This document shows positions 10,815 to 19,511 of a stretch of 64,000 nt of DNA, piece by piece. The first letter of the stretch is position 1. The number at the start of each line of letters is the position of its first letter. The DNA is taken from the NCBI GenBank assembly GCA_030141605.1, contig JAQGDQ010000347.1, positions 188,130-252,129 of the forward strand, written 5' to 3'. A model generated the notes under the pieces. That model made no database searches, was not told the DNA's origin, and was given only the letters and a program-made list of their open reading frames with translations. The position numbers and the translations under genes are program-made. This DNA is from Tubiluchus corallicola (Eukaryota > Animalia > Priapulida).

Positions 10815-13097
10815 TTATTTAATCTCCATCGCCGAGGGAGGTACATCTTCTATGCCGGCTCCCCAGTCTTTATTCGCTTCAGCCCCCATTACAAATTCCA
10901 GTACCCCGCCATTGTGTATATCTTTATGTGAAAACCATGGTGCATTAAGCGGCTGACCATTTAAGCTGGCTGACTGCACATATTTATTTTCATCTGACAC
11001 ATTATGGGCAATAATCTTAAGAACCTTATCTCCACCTAATTGAATTTCGGCCTTTTCAAAAACAGGACTTCCAATATTGTAAGTTCCTGATCCAGGAGTA
11101 ACAGGGTAAAAACCTAATTGACTGAACGCCACAAAAGCCGACATACCTCCACCGTCTTCGTCGCCTGGAACCCCCATCAAATCGTTTCGGAACCATTCTT
11201 TTAACAGTTTTCTAATTCGTTTTTGTGTTTTCCACGGCTGTCCGGCATAATTATAGAGGTAAGGAATATGTAAGGATGGTTCATTAGCCATGGAGAACTG
11301 CCCCACATTACCTGTATGGTCGGGTAACTGTGCATAGAATGCGTATTTACTTCTCCCAAGAGGCTCGTTAAAAGTTGCATCCAAATTGGCTATAAATTGC
11401 TCACGCCCCCCCATTAGATCAATCAAATCAGCTACACTATGTGGTACATCCCAACGGTATACCCAGGCATTGTTTTCACCGTAATACTTGCGTGCTCCCA
11501 TTCCACCTGAAAACTTATAATTAAATGGCTCAATAAACTGACCTTTATTGTCTTTCGGGTGAAAGAAATGAGTGTCATGATTAAATAATGTTCTGTAATT
11601 GAATGATCGATTCAGAAAATATTCATATTCATCTTGCTTATCCAGTAACTTGGCCAGTTGCGACAAACACCACTCATCATAAACGGTTCCCAATGTAACA
11701 GCAACCGGTTGTCTGCTTTCAAAATGATGTACTTCTGGTGCTGTTTCTTCTTCCCCTTCTTTCAAAGCAGGGAAATAACCATATTGCTTATAAAAGGCAT
11801 CCAATTCACCTGCAGGCATGCCTGACCACGGTGCTAAAGTTTTTTCCGTAATCGCATTTTTACAAGCCAGATATGCCTTTTCTAAATCAAAATCAGTAAG
11901 TCCCTTGGTATAAGCATCCAGCACAGTAGCTACTCCATGGTTCGAGTTCATGCGTCGGCTATCTCCCATAATTTCAGGGAATGTTGGCATCCAGAAATGA
12001 TCCATCTGTTCTGCCATTCGCAAAAACGATTTTATAATATCTGTCTCAAGCTCTTTCTCTGTCAGGCAACGTAATGGATGGGTTGCGCGGTAGGTATCCC
12101 ATATCCAATCATCAGTATAGAATGGCACGCCCTCATCGTTATGAACCTGGCCATCGAAGGCGCTGTAATATCTACCGCCCTCCGAAATACAAACCGGACG
12201 CTCGTAGGTGCGATAAACCGAAGTATAAAAAACAGCCATATCATTCTCATTGCCGCCCTCTACAATAGTTTTTGACAAGACTTTATTCCAGATATCTCTC
12301 CCTTGTGTCCTAATCTTGTCTATATCATAATCCTGAATCTCTCTTTCGAGGTTTTCTTTTGCTTGTTCAATGCTAATAAAGGAAATACCATACCGGACAG
12401 CCACCTGATCTACATCATCATTAAAAGTTAGAGCAATGCTTACATTGTTTCCACTTCCACTATTCATTTCTGTGATAATCCCCTCGTTGAGGATACCAGC
12501 CTTAGTAGCTTGCTCATTGGTTTGGAGGTATAAGTATACCTTTGTTGTATTTTCAGTGACTGCATTGGATACAACCTGAAACCCTGTGACTGCACCATTG
12601 TTATATGCTATTTCACCGGATTGATTATTGATAACGATGGATTTTTTGCCTTTTTGTGCAAATTCAAATGAATAGATACCTGCCTGATGAGAAACAGCAT
12701 AATTCACATTTATCTCTTCCTCGTCCAGATAAACACCCCAGGAGTACGGCGTTACTTTTTCGCGGTCGTAACTGTAATTATAAACCGACTGAAGTTTCGT
12801 TTCGGACGATGATACTGGACTCAAATTAAACGCTGAACTTCCTCGATGACTGGTGGTAACAACCGGGAGGCCATATAATTTATCGGTAGTGTAATCGTTT
12901 TTGCTGGGAATAACCCTAAGCATACTATTAGGCAAATGAATGGTTGGAAAAGTGGGCACCAATATATGGCTTATATTACCAATATATGGATTTACAAAAT
13001 CTACAGGTTTCTTTTGCTCCAAAGATTCCTTTCCAGTTGGTCGGCAAGCATAAAATACGACCATTAAAATCGTAAGGATGCCAGTTTTAATATTCAT
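10815..13097 (-). CDS. GH92 family alpha-mannosidase, lipoprotein
   Basis: Lipobox FYAC; DWIWDTYRA, YGENNAWVYRW, GQFSMANEPSLHIPYLY, PGDEDGGGMSAF. Confidence 0.93.
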   Translation of the reverse strand: MNIKTGILTILMVVFYACRPTGKESLEQKKPVDFVNPYIGNISHILVPTFPTIHLPNSMLRVIPSKNDYTTDKLYGLPVVTTSHRGSSAFNLSPVSSSETKLQSVYNYSYDREKVTPYSWGVYLDEEEINVNYAVSHQAGIYSFEFAQKGKKSIVINNQSGEIAYNNGAVTGFQVVSNAVTENTTKVYLYLQTNEQATKAGILNEGIITEMNSGSGNNVSIALTFNDDVDQVAVRYGISFISIEQAKENLEREIQDYDIDKIRTQGRDIWNKVLSKTIVEGGNENDMAVFYTSVYRTYERPVCISEGGRYYSAFDGQVHNDEGVPFYTDDWIWDTYRATHPLRCLTEKELETDIIKSFLRMAEQMDHFWMPTFPEIMGDSRRMNSNHGVATVLDAYTKGLTDFDLEKAYLACKNAITEKTLAPWSGMPAGELDAFYKQYGYFPALKEGEEETAPEVHHFESRQPVAVTLGTVYDEWCLSQLAKLLDKQDEYEYFLNRSFNYRTLFNHDTHFFHPKDNKGQFIEPFNYKFSGGMGARKYYGENNAWVYRWDVPHSVADLIDLMGGREQFIANLDATFNEPLGRSKYAFYAQLPDHTGNVGQFSMANEPSLHIPYLYNYAGQPWKTQKRIRKLLKEWFRNDLMGVPGDEDGGGMSAFVAFSQLGFYPVTPGSGTYNIGSPVFEKAEIQLGGDKVLKIIAHNVSDENKYVQSASLNGQPLNAPWFSHKDIHNGGVLEFVMGAEANKDWGAGIEDVPPSAMEIK

Positions 13098-13124
13098 GAT
13101 TTAGGCTTAAAAATTATAGTAAGC

Positions 13125-13181
13125 CAAAAGAATAATCACAGTCTTAAAATATGATTAAAAAAAAACTAATGATATTAACAT
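13125..13181 (-). promoter_or_regulatory. Candidate activator-dependent promoter/operator of the GH92 gene
   Basis: Second copy of the motif at 10218-10274, lying 28 bp upstream of the GH92 ATG. Confidence 0.6.
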
Positions 13182-13469
13182 TCACGATTAACAACTGTAT
13201 AGCAGCGCTTTAAAATCTATTTTTTTTACACTGGTGAATTGTTAACATAGAGTGACACAATCTTTAGAAGCAAAGAAATGTGGACTAAAGCATCTTAAGA
13301 CACTAAGAAGCTAATAATATGTTTCAGTTGAAATATAATGGGTAAAGTTATACTACATCAAATACCAATTAATTAATAACCTAACTATTGGTAATTGACT
13401 ACGAAAACTTGAACATAAGCTATAGAAAGTCCATTTTAAAAGCCGGCACAGCTTACTTTTATGCACAAA

Positions 13470-16073
13470 TTAATCATTGATACTAATTACTTGCACAAAA
13501 GGCACATCATATTCCTGTCCATACATAAACTTGTACTCCTTACAAAATTTTTCGTAACTGGTCTTGGCCAGACTATGTTTACCCATATAATGCTCTGCTT
13601 TACATTTCATGGTCATAGCTTCTTCATTAACCATGTCGCAATTAAAGACACTTTCAGCAAGCTTCACTATGAACTCAGGATCTTCTTCAATATTACACTG
13701 GTTACTAAAAGTTATTAGTGAGTCTATAATTTTGCCAGCGACTGAAGCTTTAAACTCGTCTAACCAGTCATATTGCACGTTATTTAAAAATGCTCCTTGC
13801 TCAGAAATTTGCATTAAACGATTTACTCGTTCCTTGTTAAGGTTAGTAAACGAATCTGTAATATCTAAATAATCCAAGTAATCACATTTAATGTCTTTAT
13901 CACCATGCAGTATCTTCCAATAACCAGTCTTTTTAGATAATTGCCAGCCTCCAACCTCTGCCAGAATATTTCTAAGCTTAGCCATGTTAACCGACCTGTT
14001 ATTTCGAGCACTTTTTTCAGACTTATCATACCACAGTACTTCTGTGATCTTTTCTGAAGAAATGCCTTTATCATTTTTGTGAGTGTAGAGTAATACAAGC
14101 AAAAACAACTCTTTGAGTAAAGGGCTAAACTTGTTCGTAATATCAATTGAGTGATCGTCAAAAACCTGAAATCCTCCAAACAACATAACCTGATACTTCT
14201 CCTTAGTCACAAGCTCAGGATTACTTTTAGTTTTTTGAACTTCCACGTTTTTTTGAAAGATGTGTTCATCTTGTTTGACAAATGTAGAACTTTCTTTGTC
14301 GTGACTTAAACTTACACTTTTATCTTGTGATTTTTTAACGCGTATTATAATTATTATGACAATAATGCCTATTGCAAGAATTGAGAAAAGCCAAGCTAAT
14401 TTAGGGTTAGATTTATTTGTTACTTCTGGTTCAATATATTCACTCGGAGGATAACTAATTGAATAAATGGTTACTTTTGTACCAACTTGTTCCTCTGTAT
14501 AAGTAGTGTATGCCAATAATTCATTATGGCTTTGAGAAAAGAACAGCCCCGAATTCGAATGCATGTCGTGAAAACGAAGTGGGAGTCGGTTTCCTAATTT
14601 TATTACTTCATTCCTATCAAGATTACCACTGATCAATTGTAAATAACCTTCATATAAACTTTTCTCATAAATTAGCCCAAAATAGTTTCTCGTTAAAGAA
14701 TCAGCCCACATATTAGAGGCAACAACCATATCATCAGGTAAATCCGTCAGATTATATTTCTTTAAAAATTTCCCTGTAGCTAAATCATAGGCAATTAAAT
14801 CATGATAACTATGTGGGTTGACCAATTGGTTACCACTTTTACTTCCGTAACCACCCAATATATACACGGTGTCATTTAAACTAAATAAACCAGCTAAATA
14901 CCTAGGATAAAATATTGTATCATTGGTTGGCAAGTTCGTTTTTACTCCTTTCTCAAAGTCAACCTTGGTTATCTGATTACTATACGAATGCTCTCCATAA
15001 CCACCAAATAAGAGGACAGAACTAGATTCAGGATCATAGTAATAATTGTGGTGTCTGTGTTTTGTAAACTGATTAAGCACAACACCTGTAGAATTCCAGA
15101 GTTGGGTATTCAAATCAAAGCGATATATGGGCCATCTGTAATCCTTTGTGTAGCAAAAAACAATTTCATTTACAGGATCATATATTGCCCTAAAATCAGA
15201 TTTCTCATTATGAATGAGAAACTCCGGTATATTTTTGTATGCTACTGAAGTCCATTCTTTTTGTTCTACAGAATAAATTTCGCAATGATCAGAACACAGA
15301 ATAAAAAGCTTCTCATACCGATCATGATAAGTTACAGTCACATATCCTTTATAATTCTTTTCTACTTCTTTACTCCACGAACCATGTGCCAACTTTAACC
15401 ATACCGGATTGTCTATAACAGCTTCATGACCGTGTACCAGATCTTTGATTATAGTGCCTTTAATCTGATCTAGCGGCCAATAGTAAGCTAGCTGACCATC
15501 TTCAAACACCTTTATATTTTTGATATTCATCGATGGCACATCCTTGTTTTTGAATTGTTTAAAGTCATTGGCGCCAAAAAAAATCTTGAACTGATCTATA
15601 TCCTCAAATCCTATTTCATTATATACGTAAAAAGAGTCTGGAGTATAAAAAACCATCTTATCCTCCTTCAAAAGAAATTTCGCTCTTATCGAAATCCACT
15701 TATCATCGTACTGACTAAAATTTTTTACCGTCTGAATCTGACCTGTCTGACCAACCACTATATTTAATCGTTGTTCAGGATTAACATTGGTAATCAAATC
15801 AACATTATTACCCATTTCATTGACAAGTCGAAATACATACCCAAAAGTCGCCCCTTCAATGTCATCGAGTTTAAAGTCAAAAGAAAGCTCAAATTCATCA
15901 CTAAAGGTAATATAGCCTTCCGGAGTCAGGTTTAGTCCGGTTCTCTCATCCAAAACCGATTGTTGTCCTTTAAATTTCAAACCATAGGATTGAGCATACG
16001 AACCTAGTGTTAAACTCACAAACAGAATACTTAACAAACATCTAATAAATAGAATGTGCAAGATTTTCAACAT
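13470..16073 (-). CDS. Membrane-anchored PUL regulator: Kelch/beta-propeller sensor, TM helix, SARP/OmpR-like DNA-binding and BTAD-like domain
   Basis: Signal peptide; Kelch-like repeats (LLFGGYG, YILGGYG); TM segment LAWLFSILAIGIIVIIIII; cytoplasmic LFGGFQVFD...LKELFLL...RNNRSVNMAKLRNIL and a C-terminal EEAM...GKHSLAK...YEKF region. Confidence 0.75.
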   Translation of the reverse strand: MLKILHILFIRCLLSILFVSLTLGSYAQSYGLKFKGQQSVLDERTGLNLTPEGYITFSDEFELSFDFKLDDIEGATFGYVFRLVNEMGNNVDLITNVNPEQRLNIVVGQTGQIQTVKNFSQYDDKWISIRAKFLLKEDKMVFYTPDSFYVYNEIGFEDIDQFKIFFGANDFKQFKNKDVPSMNIKNIKVFEDGQLAYYWPLDQIKGTIIKDLVHGHEAVIDNPVWLKLAHGSWSKEVEKNYKGYVTVTYHDRYEKLFILCSDHCEIYSVEQKEWTSVAYKNIPEFLIHNEKSDFRAIYDPVNEIVFCYTKDYRWPIYRFDLNTQLWNSTGVVLNQFTKHRHHNYYYDPESSSVLLFGGYGEHSYSNQITKVDFEKGVKTNLPTNDTIFYPRYLAGLFSLNDTVYILGGYGSKSGNQLVNPHSYHDLIAYDLATGKFLKKYNLTDLPDDMVVASNMWADSLTRNYFGLIYEKSLYEGYLQLISGNLDRNEVIKLGNRLPLRFHDMHSNSGLFFSQSHNELLAYTTYTEEQVGTKVTIYSISYPPSEYIEPEVTNKSNPKLAWLFSILAIGIIVIIIIIRVKKSQDKSVSLSHDKESSTFVKQDEHIFQKNVEVQKTKSNPELVTKEKYQVMLFGGFQVFDDHSIDITNKFSPLLKELFLLVLLYTHKNDKGISSEKITEVLWYDKSEKSARNNRSVNMAKLRNILAEVGGWQLSKKTGYWKILHGDKDIKCDYLDYLDITDSFTNLNKERVNRLMQISEQGAFLNNVQYDWLDEFKASVAGKIIDSLITFSNQCNIEEDPEFIVKLAESVFNCDMVNEEAMTMKCKAEHYMGKHSLAKTSYEKFCKEYKFMYGQEYDVPFVQVISIND

Positions 16074-16296
16074 TTAATAAGTTTATTCGAAGTATGTAAA
16101 ATTAAATATTTTTAACAAATCTTAAAGCTATAAATTTGAACCTTCCATCAAAAAAGTCACAACTCTCTATCTATCAGAACTTGCGTGTTATTAACATTTT
16201 TTTCAGAGAAATTACCGATTATCATTCCGATTAAAAATCCTGAAACAAAACCAATCTTGCTCCAGACAATTCAATACTAAAAGGAATTGAAACATT

Positions 16297-17271
16297 TTAC
16301 ACGGTTACCTCAAGTATCTTTACTTCACCATTTGGGAAGATTGTAATCGTATCGATAACAGCAGGTATTAATATGGTTTCCATCGTTCCTAGAGCCACCT
16401 TTTCATCACCAATATACACTTGGCACTTACCACCCACATTCATTAGCACCACAAATGACTTAATGGCTGAATAATCTTTTATCTGCTTTTGTGAGGTAAC
16501 CAACAGGTTTGTTTTAAAATACTGACATGAAGCCAGCTCTTCAACAACTTGCCTGCCTGTTACATAATTGACCTTGCCCGAATGATCGTCCTTGAAGTTA
16601 ATGGCATCCATTGCTAGTTCATGATGTAATTCACGTGTGTTTCCATTTTTATCCTTACGATCAAAATCATAAATACGATAGGTTATATCTGAGGTTTGTT
16701 GTATTTCTGCTATCAGGTTACCCTTTCCAATGGAATGTACTTTTCCGGCAGGTATAAAAAAAGTATCCCCTTCATTTGTCTGATGAGTTGACATCAGGTC
16801 CATTAACCGGCCACTATGGTAATAATCCTGAAATTCGTGTGAGTTAGTAGGCTTTGTAAAGCCCGAAATTAAACAGGCTCCTTCCTTTGCATCAACAACA
16901 TACCACATTTCTGTTTTTCCAAATGAATTATGTTTTAGTTTGGCCTGCATATCATTGGGGTGGACCTGAATCGATAAATCATCATTGGCATCTATGTTTT
17001 TTAGCAACAACGGAAAGACGCTGCCAAAATCCTGATATATTTTCTCACCAACCAACTGTTCTTTATAAGTATCAATCAGTTCAGTTAAACTCAAACCAGC
17101 ATAGGCACCATTACTAACAATTGAGGTATCCGATTTTAAGCCTGATAAAGCAAAGCATTCTCCAATTTTTGTATCGGCTTTTACATTAAGACCTAACTGC
17201 CGGGGAATCTGTTGACCGCCCCAGATCATCTCCTTAAGAATGGGATTAAACTTTAATGGATATAATTTCAT
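16297..17271 (-). CDS. manA: Mannose-6-phosphate isomerase, class I
   Basis: IWGG, FPLLLKNIDANDDLSIQVHP, GKTEMWY, EIQQTSDITYRIYDFDR. Confidence 0.92.
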   Translation of the reverse strand: MKLYPLKFNPILKEMIWGGQQIPRQLGLNVKADTKIGECFALSGLKSDTSIVSNGAYAGLSLTELIDTYKEQLVGEKIYQDFGSVFPLLLKNIDANDDLSIQVHPNDMQAKLKHNSFGKTEMWYVVDAKEGACLISGFTKPTNSHEFQDYYHSGRLMDLMSTHQTNEGDTFFIPAGKVHSIGKGNLIAEIQQTSDITYRIYDFDRKDKNGNTRELHHELAMDAINFKDDHSGKVNYVTGRQVVEELASCQYFKTNLLVTSQKQIKDYSAIKSFVVLMNVGGKCQVYIGDEKVALGTMETILIPAVIDTITIFPNGEVKILEVTV

Positions 17272-17295
17272 TGTTTTGTTTTTTTAACTGTCAAT

Positions 17296-18375
17296 TTATT
17301 TCCCACTATCTATCTGGGATAGTGCATAGGCATAAGCACCTAAAGCTATGCACTCACTCGCATCCTGTTCGGTATTGGCAATGGCTAGTTTGGGAACCGG
17401 GTCGTATAATGCTTCCCTTTCTGAAAATGGCACTTGAACTTTTTTAGCTGTTGATGTTAAAAATGCATTTCTGTCTTTTGGATCATCCCATGAAAAAACT
17501 TCATGGATCAAACGTTTCTGACCATTGAGGAAAGAGCCTTTTAACGTTTCCATTACGGCCGGCATGTATAAGTCCTTTGCTCCGGTCAAACCACCTCCAA
17601 TTACTACAATTCCATCAAAAAGCGTAACAAGATTGGCTATTGCATCCCCAAGATGAAGCCCAAACTGTCGGAAGGCCTCCCTTGCAGCCAACTTGTCTCC
17701 TTGCAACCTCCCTATGGCTATATCATAGATATCTTTGGGTTGATGCGTTTTTATATCTGTGTTACTTAAAATGGAATAGCATCGAACAATAGCCCTGGCA
17801 CTTACTCCTTCTTCGATATTACGTTCGGGAGAAATAATATTACTTAGCAGCCAAACCTCACTTCCTATGCTATTATCTCCGGTTATTAATCGTCCATCTA
17901 TAACAACACCAGCCCCAAAACCAGTACCCAGGGTTAAGCCAACCAGATTCTTATATTTTTTATCGCCAAGTTGGTTTATTTTTAAAAGTGTCCCTCCAAG
18001 TGCTTCACCATAGGCAAATAAATCACCATCATTTTGTATAAATACTGGTAACTGGAAGTGTTCGGCCAGCATGGGACCTAAGGCGACACCTCCCCTAAAA
18101 GCCGGCAAATTACCAAGATCTCCAATGACTCCATTGGGATAATCAGCCGGACCCGGAAATGCAAAGCTAATGGCCACAGGCTCCTCATCTAATTGACTTT
18201 TAACCGCTTCAAAACCATCCATAATTGTTTTCAAACATTCATGAAGATTATTACCATTGGATTCCCGACCGATTGATTCCAACATGGCCTTACCACTTTT
18301 CATGGCATTAAAAACAAAATTGGTACCTCCGGCATCCAGAGTCATCACTACCCTATTATCATTAAATACATTCAT
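17296..18375 (-). CDS. ROK family sugar kinase (putative mannokinase)
   Basis: TLDAGGTN ATP motif, FPGP, QNDGD, LTLGTGFGAG; no HTH; directly upstream of manA. Confidence 0.85.
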   Translation of the reverse strand: MNVFNDNRVVMTLDAGGTNFVFNAMKSGKAMLESIGRESNGNNLHECLKTIMDGFEAVKSQLDEEPVAISFAFPGPADYPNGVIGDLGNLPAFRGGVALGPMLAEHFQLPVFIQNDGDLFAYGEALGGTLLKINQLGDKKYKNLVGLTLGTGFGAGVVIDGRLITGDNSIGSEVWLLSNIISPERNIEEGVSARAIVRCYSILSNTDIKTHQPKDIYDIAIGRLQGDKLAAREAFRQFGLHLGDAIANLVTLFDGIVVIGGGLTGAKDLYMPAVMETLKGSFLNGQKRLIHEVFSWDDPKDRNAFLTSTAKKVQVPFSEREALYDPVPKLAIANTEQDASECIALGAYAYALSQIDSGK

Positions 18376-18411
18376 CTTTTTATCCTTTTATAGACTCACC
18401 AAACAAATAAG

Positions 18412-18423
18412 TAAACCGGTTTA
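18412..18423. promoter_or_regulatory. LacI-type operator upstream of ROK kinase-manA
   Basis: Perfect palindrome TAAACCGGTTTA with a central CG. Confidence 0.7.
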
Positions 18424-18445
18424 GTTATTCATTAAAAAAAACTTA

Positions 18446-19438
18446 CTACCTGATTTCTGTTTGGAATCTTATACTCGTTTTCTCCTTCTTACCATTAATT
18501 TGATTGATCAATAAATTGACACATTCCCTGGCTATGGCTTCAACAGGCTGTGTGGCTGAAATAACTTTTGGCTTCACATATTCAAACAAATCGATATGGT
18601 CGAAACTGGCAAAAAGTAATTTATTAACCCTGTCATTAAAAAACTTATTCACAACTAACAAAGCCTGAGATGCCAGCACATTATTCACAAACATAAATGC
18701 TGTTGGCGGATTATCCTGTGACAAGCAGGCCTTCATTATTTCTTCGGAGCTGTGCTTAATATGATGATAATCCACCTCTAAGATCTCCAATTGATTTGAA
18801 CTATATCCGGCATCACTTATTGCATCTTTAAATCCTCTGACTCGTTCTCTGATATTTGGCAAGAAATCGGTTAAACTTACTAAAACCAATCTTTGATGCC
18901 CTTTACTTATCAGCTCAGCTGTCAGAGCCTTAGCTGTTTCATAATTATTAATTTCAACTCCAGACTCATTCGCTTCAGGGAAAATCCTATCAAAAAAAAC
19001 CAGTGGCTTATCTTCCTGAATTACATGCTCTATTTCTCCTGGTTCTTTTGCTGCTGATGCTACTATTAGCCCATCAACCTGTCGCGATCGAAACTTAGCA
19101 ATCAGTTTGTGTTCTATATCAATATCTTCACCGGTACTGGCCACCAGTACCGAATATCCCCGGGTCTCGGCAAATAACTGAATATACCTGGCAACCGATC
19201 CAAAAAAAGGATTGGAAATATCAGGAACAATAAAACCAATCGTATGGGACTTTCCTGTACTTAAACTACGGGCCATAAAATTAGCCTCGTAGTTTTCTTT
19301 TCGCACAATTTCCCAAATACGTTCCTGAGTTGGCTGACTGATTTTCTTTTCATCACCTCGCCCATTCAATACAAATGAAACAGTAGTTTTAGAAACACCT
19401 GCCAACTCTGCAATCTTATTTATGGATACCTTTTTCAC
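18446..19438 (-). CDS. LacI family transcriptional regulator
   Basis: N-terminal HTH SINKIAELAGVSKTTVSFVLNG, hinge ARSL, IGFIVPDISNPFF, sugar-binding domain; GTG start. Confidence 0.95.
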   Translation of the reverse strand: MKKVSINKIAELAGVSKTTVSFVLNGRGDEKKISQPTQERIWEIVRKENYEANFMARSLSTGKSHTIGFIVPDISNPFFGSVARYIQLFAETRGYSVLVASTGEDIDIEHKLIAKFRSRQVDGLIVASAAKEPGEIEHVIQEDKPLVFFDRIFPEANESGVEINNYETAKALTAELISKGHQRLVLVSLTDFLPNIRERVRGFKDAISDAGYSSNQLEILEVDYHHIKHSSEEIMKACLSQDNPPTAFMFVNNVLASQALLVVNKFFNDRVNKLLFASFDHIDLFEYVKPKVISATQPVEAIARECVNLLINQINGKKEKTSIRFQTEIR

Positions 19439-19443
19439 TTTAA

Positions 19444-19465
19444 CTAAATCGGTTTAGCAAAAATA
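19444..19465 (-). promoter_or_regulatory. LacI autoregulatory operator and adjacent -7 promoter box
   Basis: Near-palindrome CTAAATCGGTTTAG (19444-19457) abutting TATTTTTG on the minus strand (19458-19465), which matches the Bacteroidota TAnnTTTG consensus. Confidence 0.68.
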
Positions 19466-19511
19466 ATTAATTACCATTAAAACCTATTAGCCGGGCAAAT
19501 AATTTTAGGGT

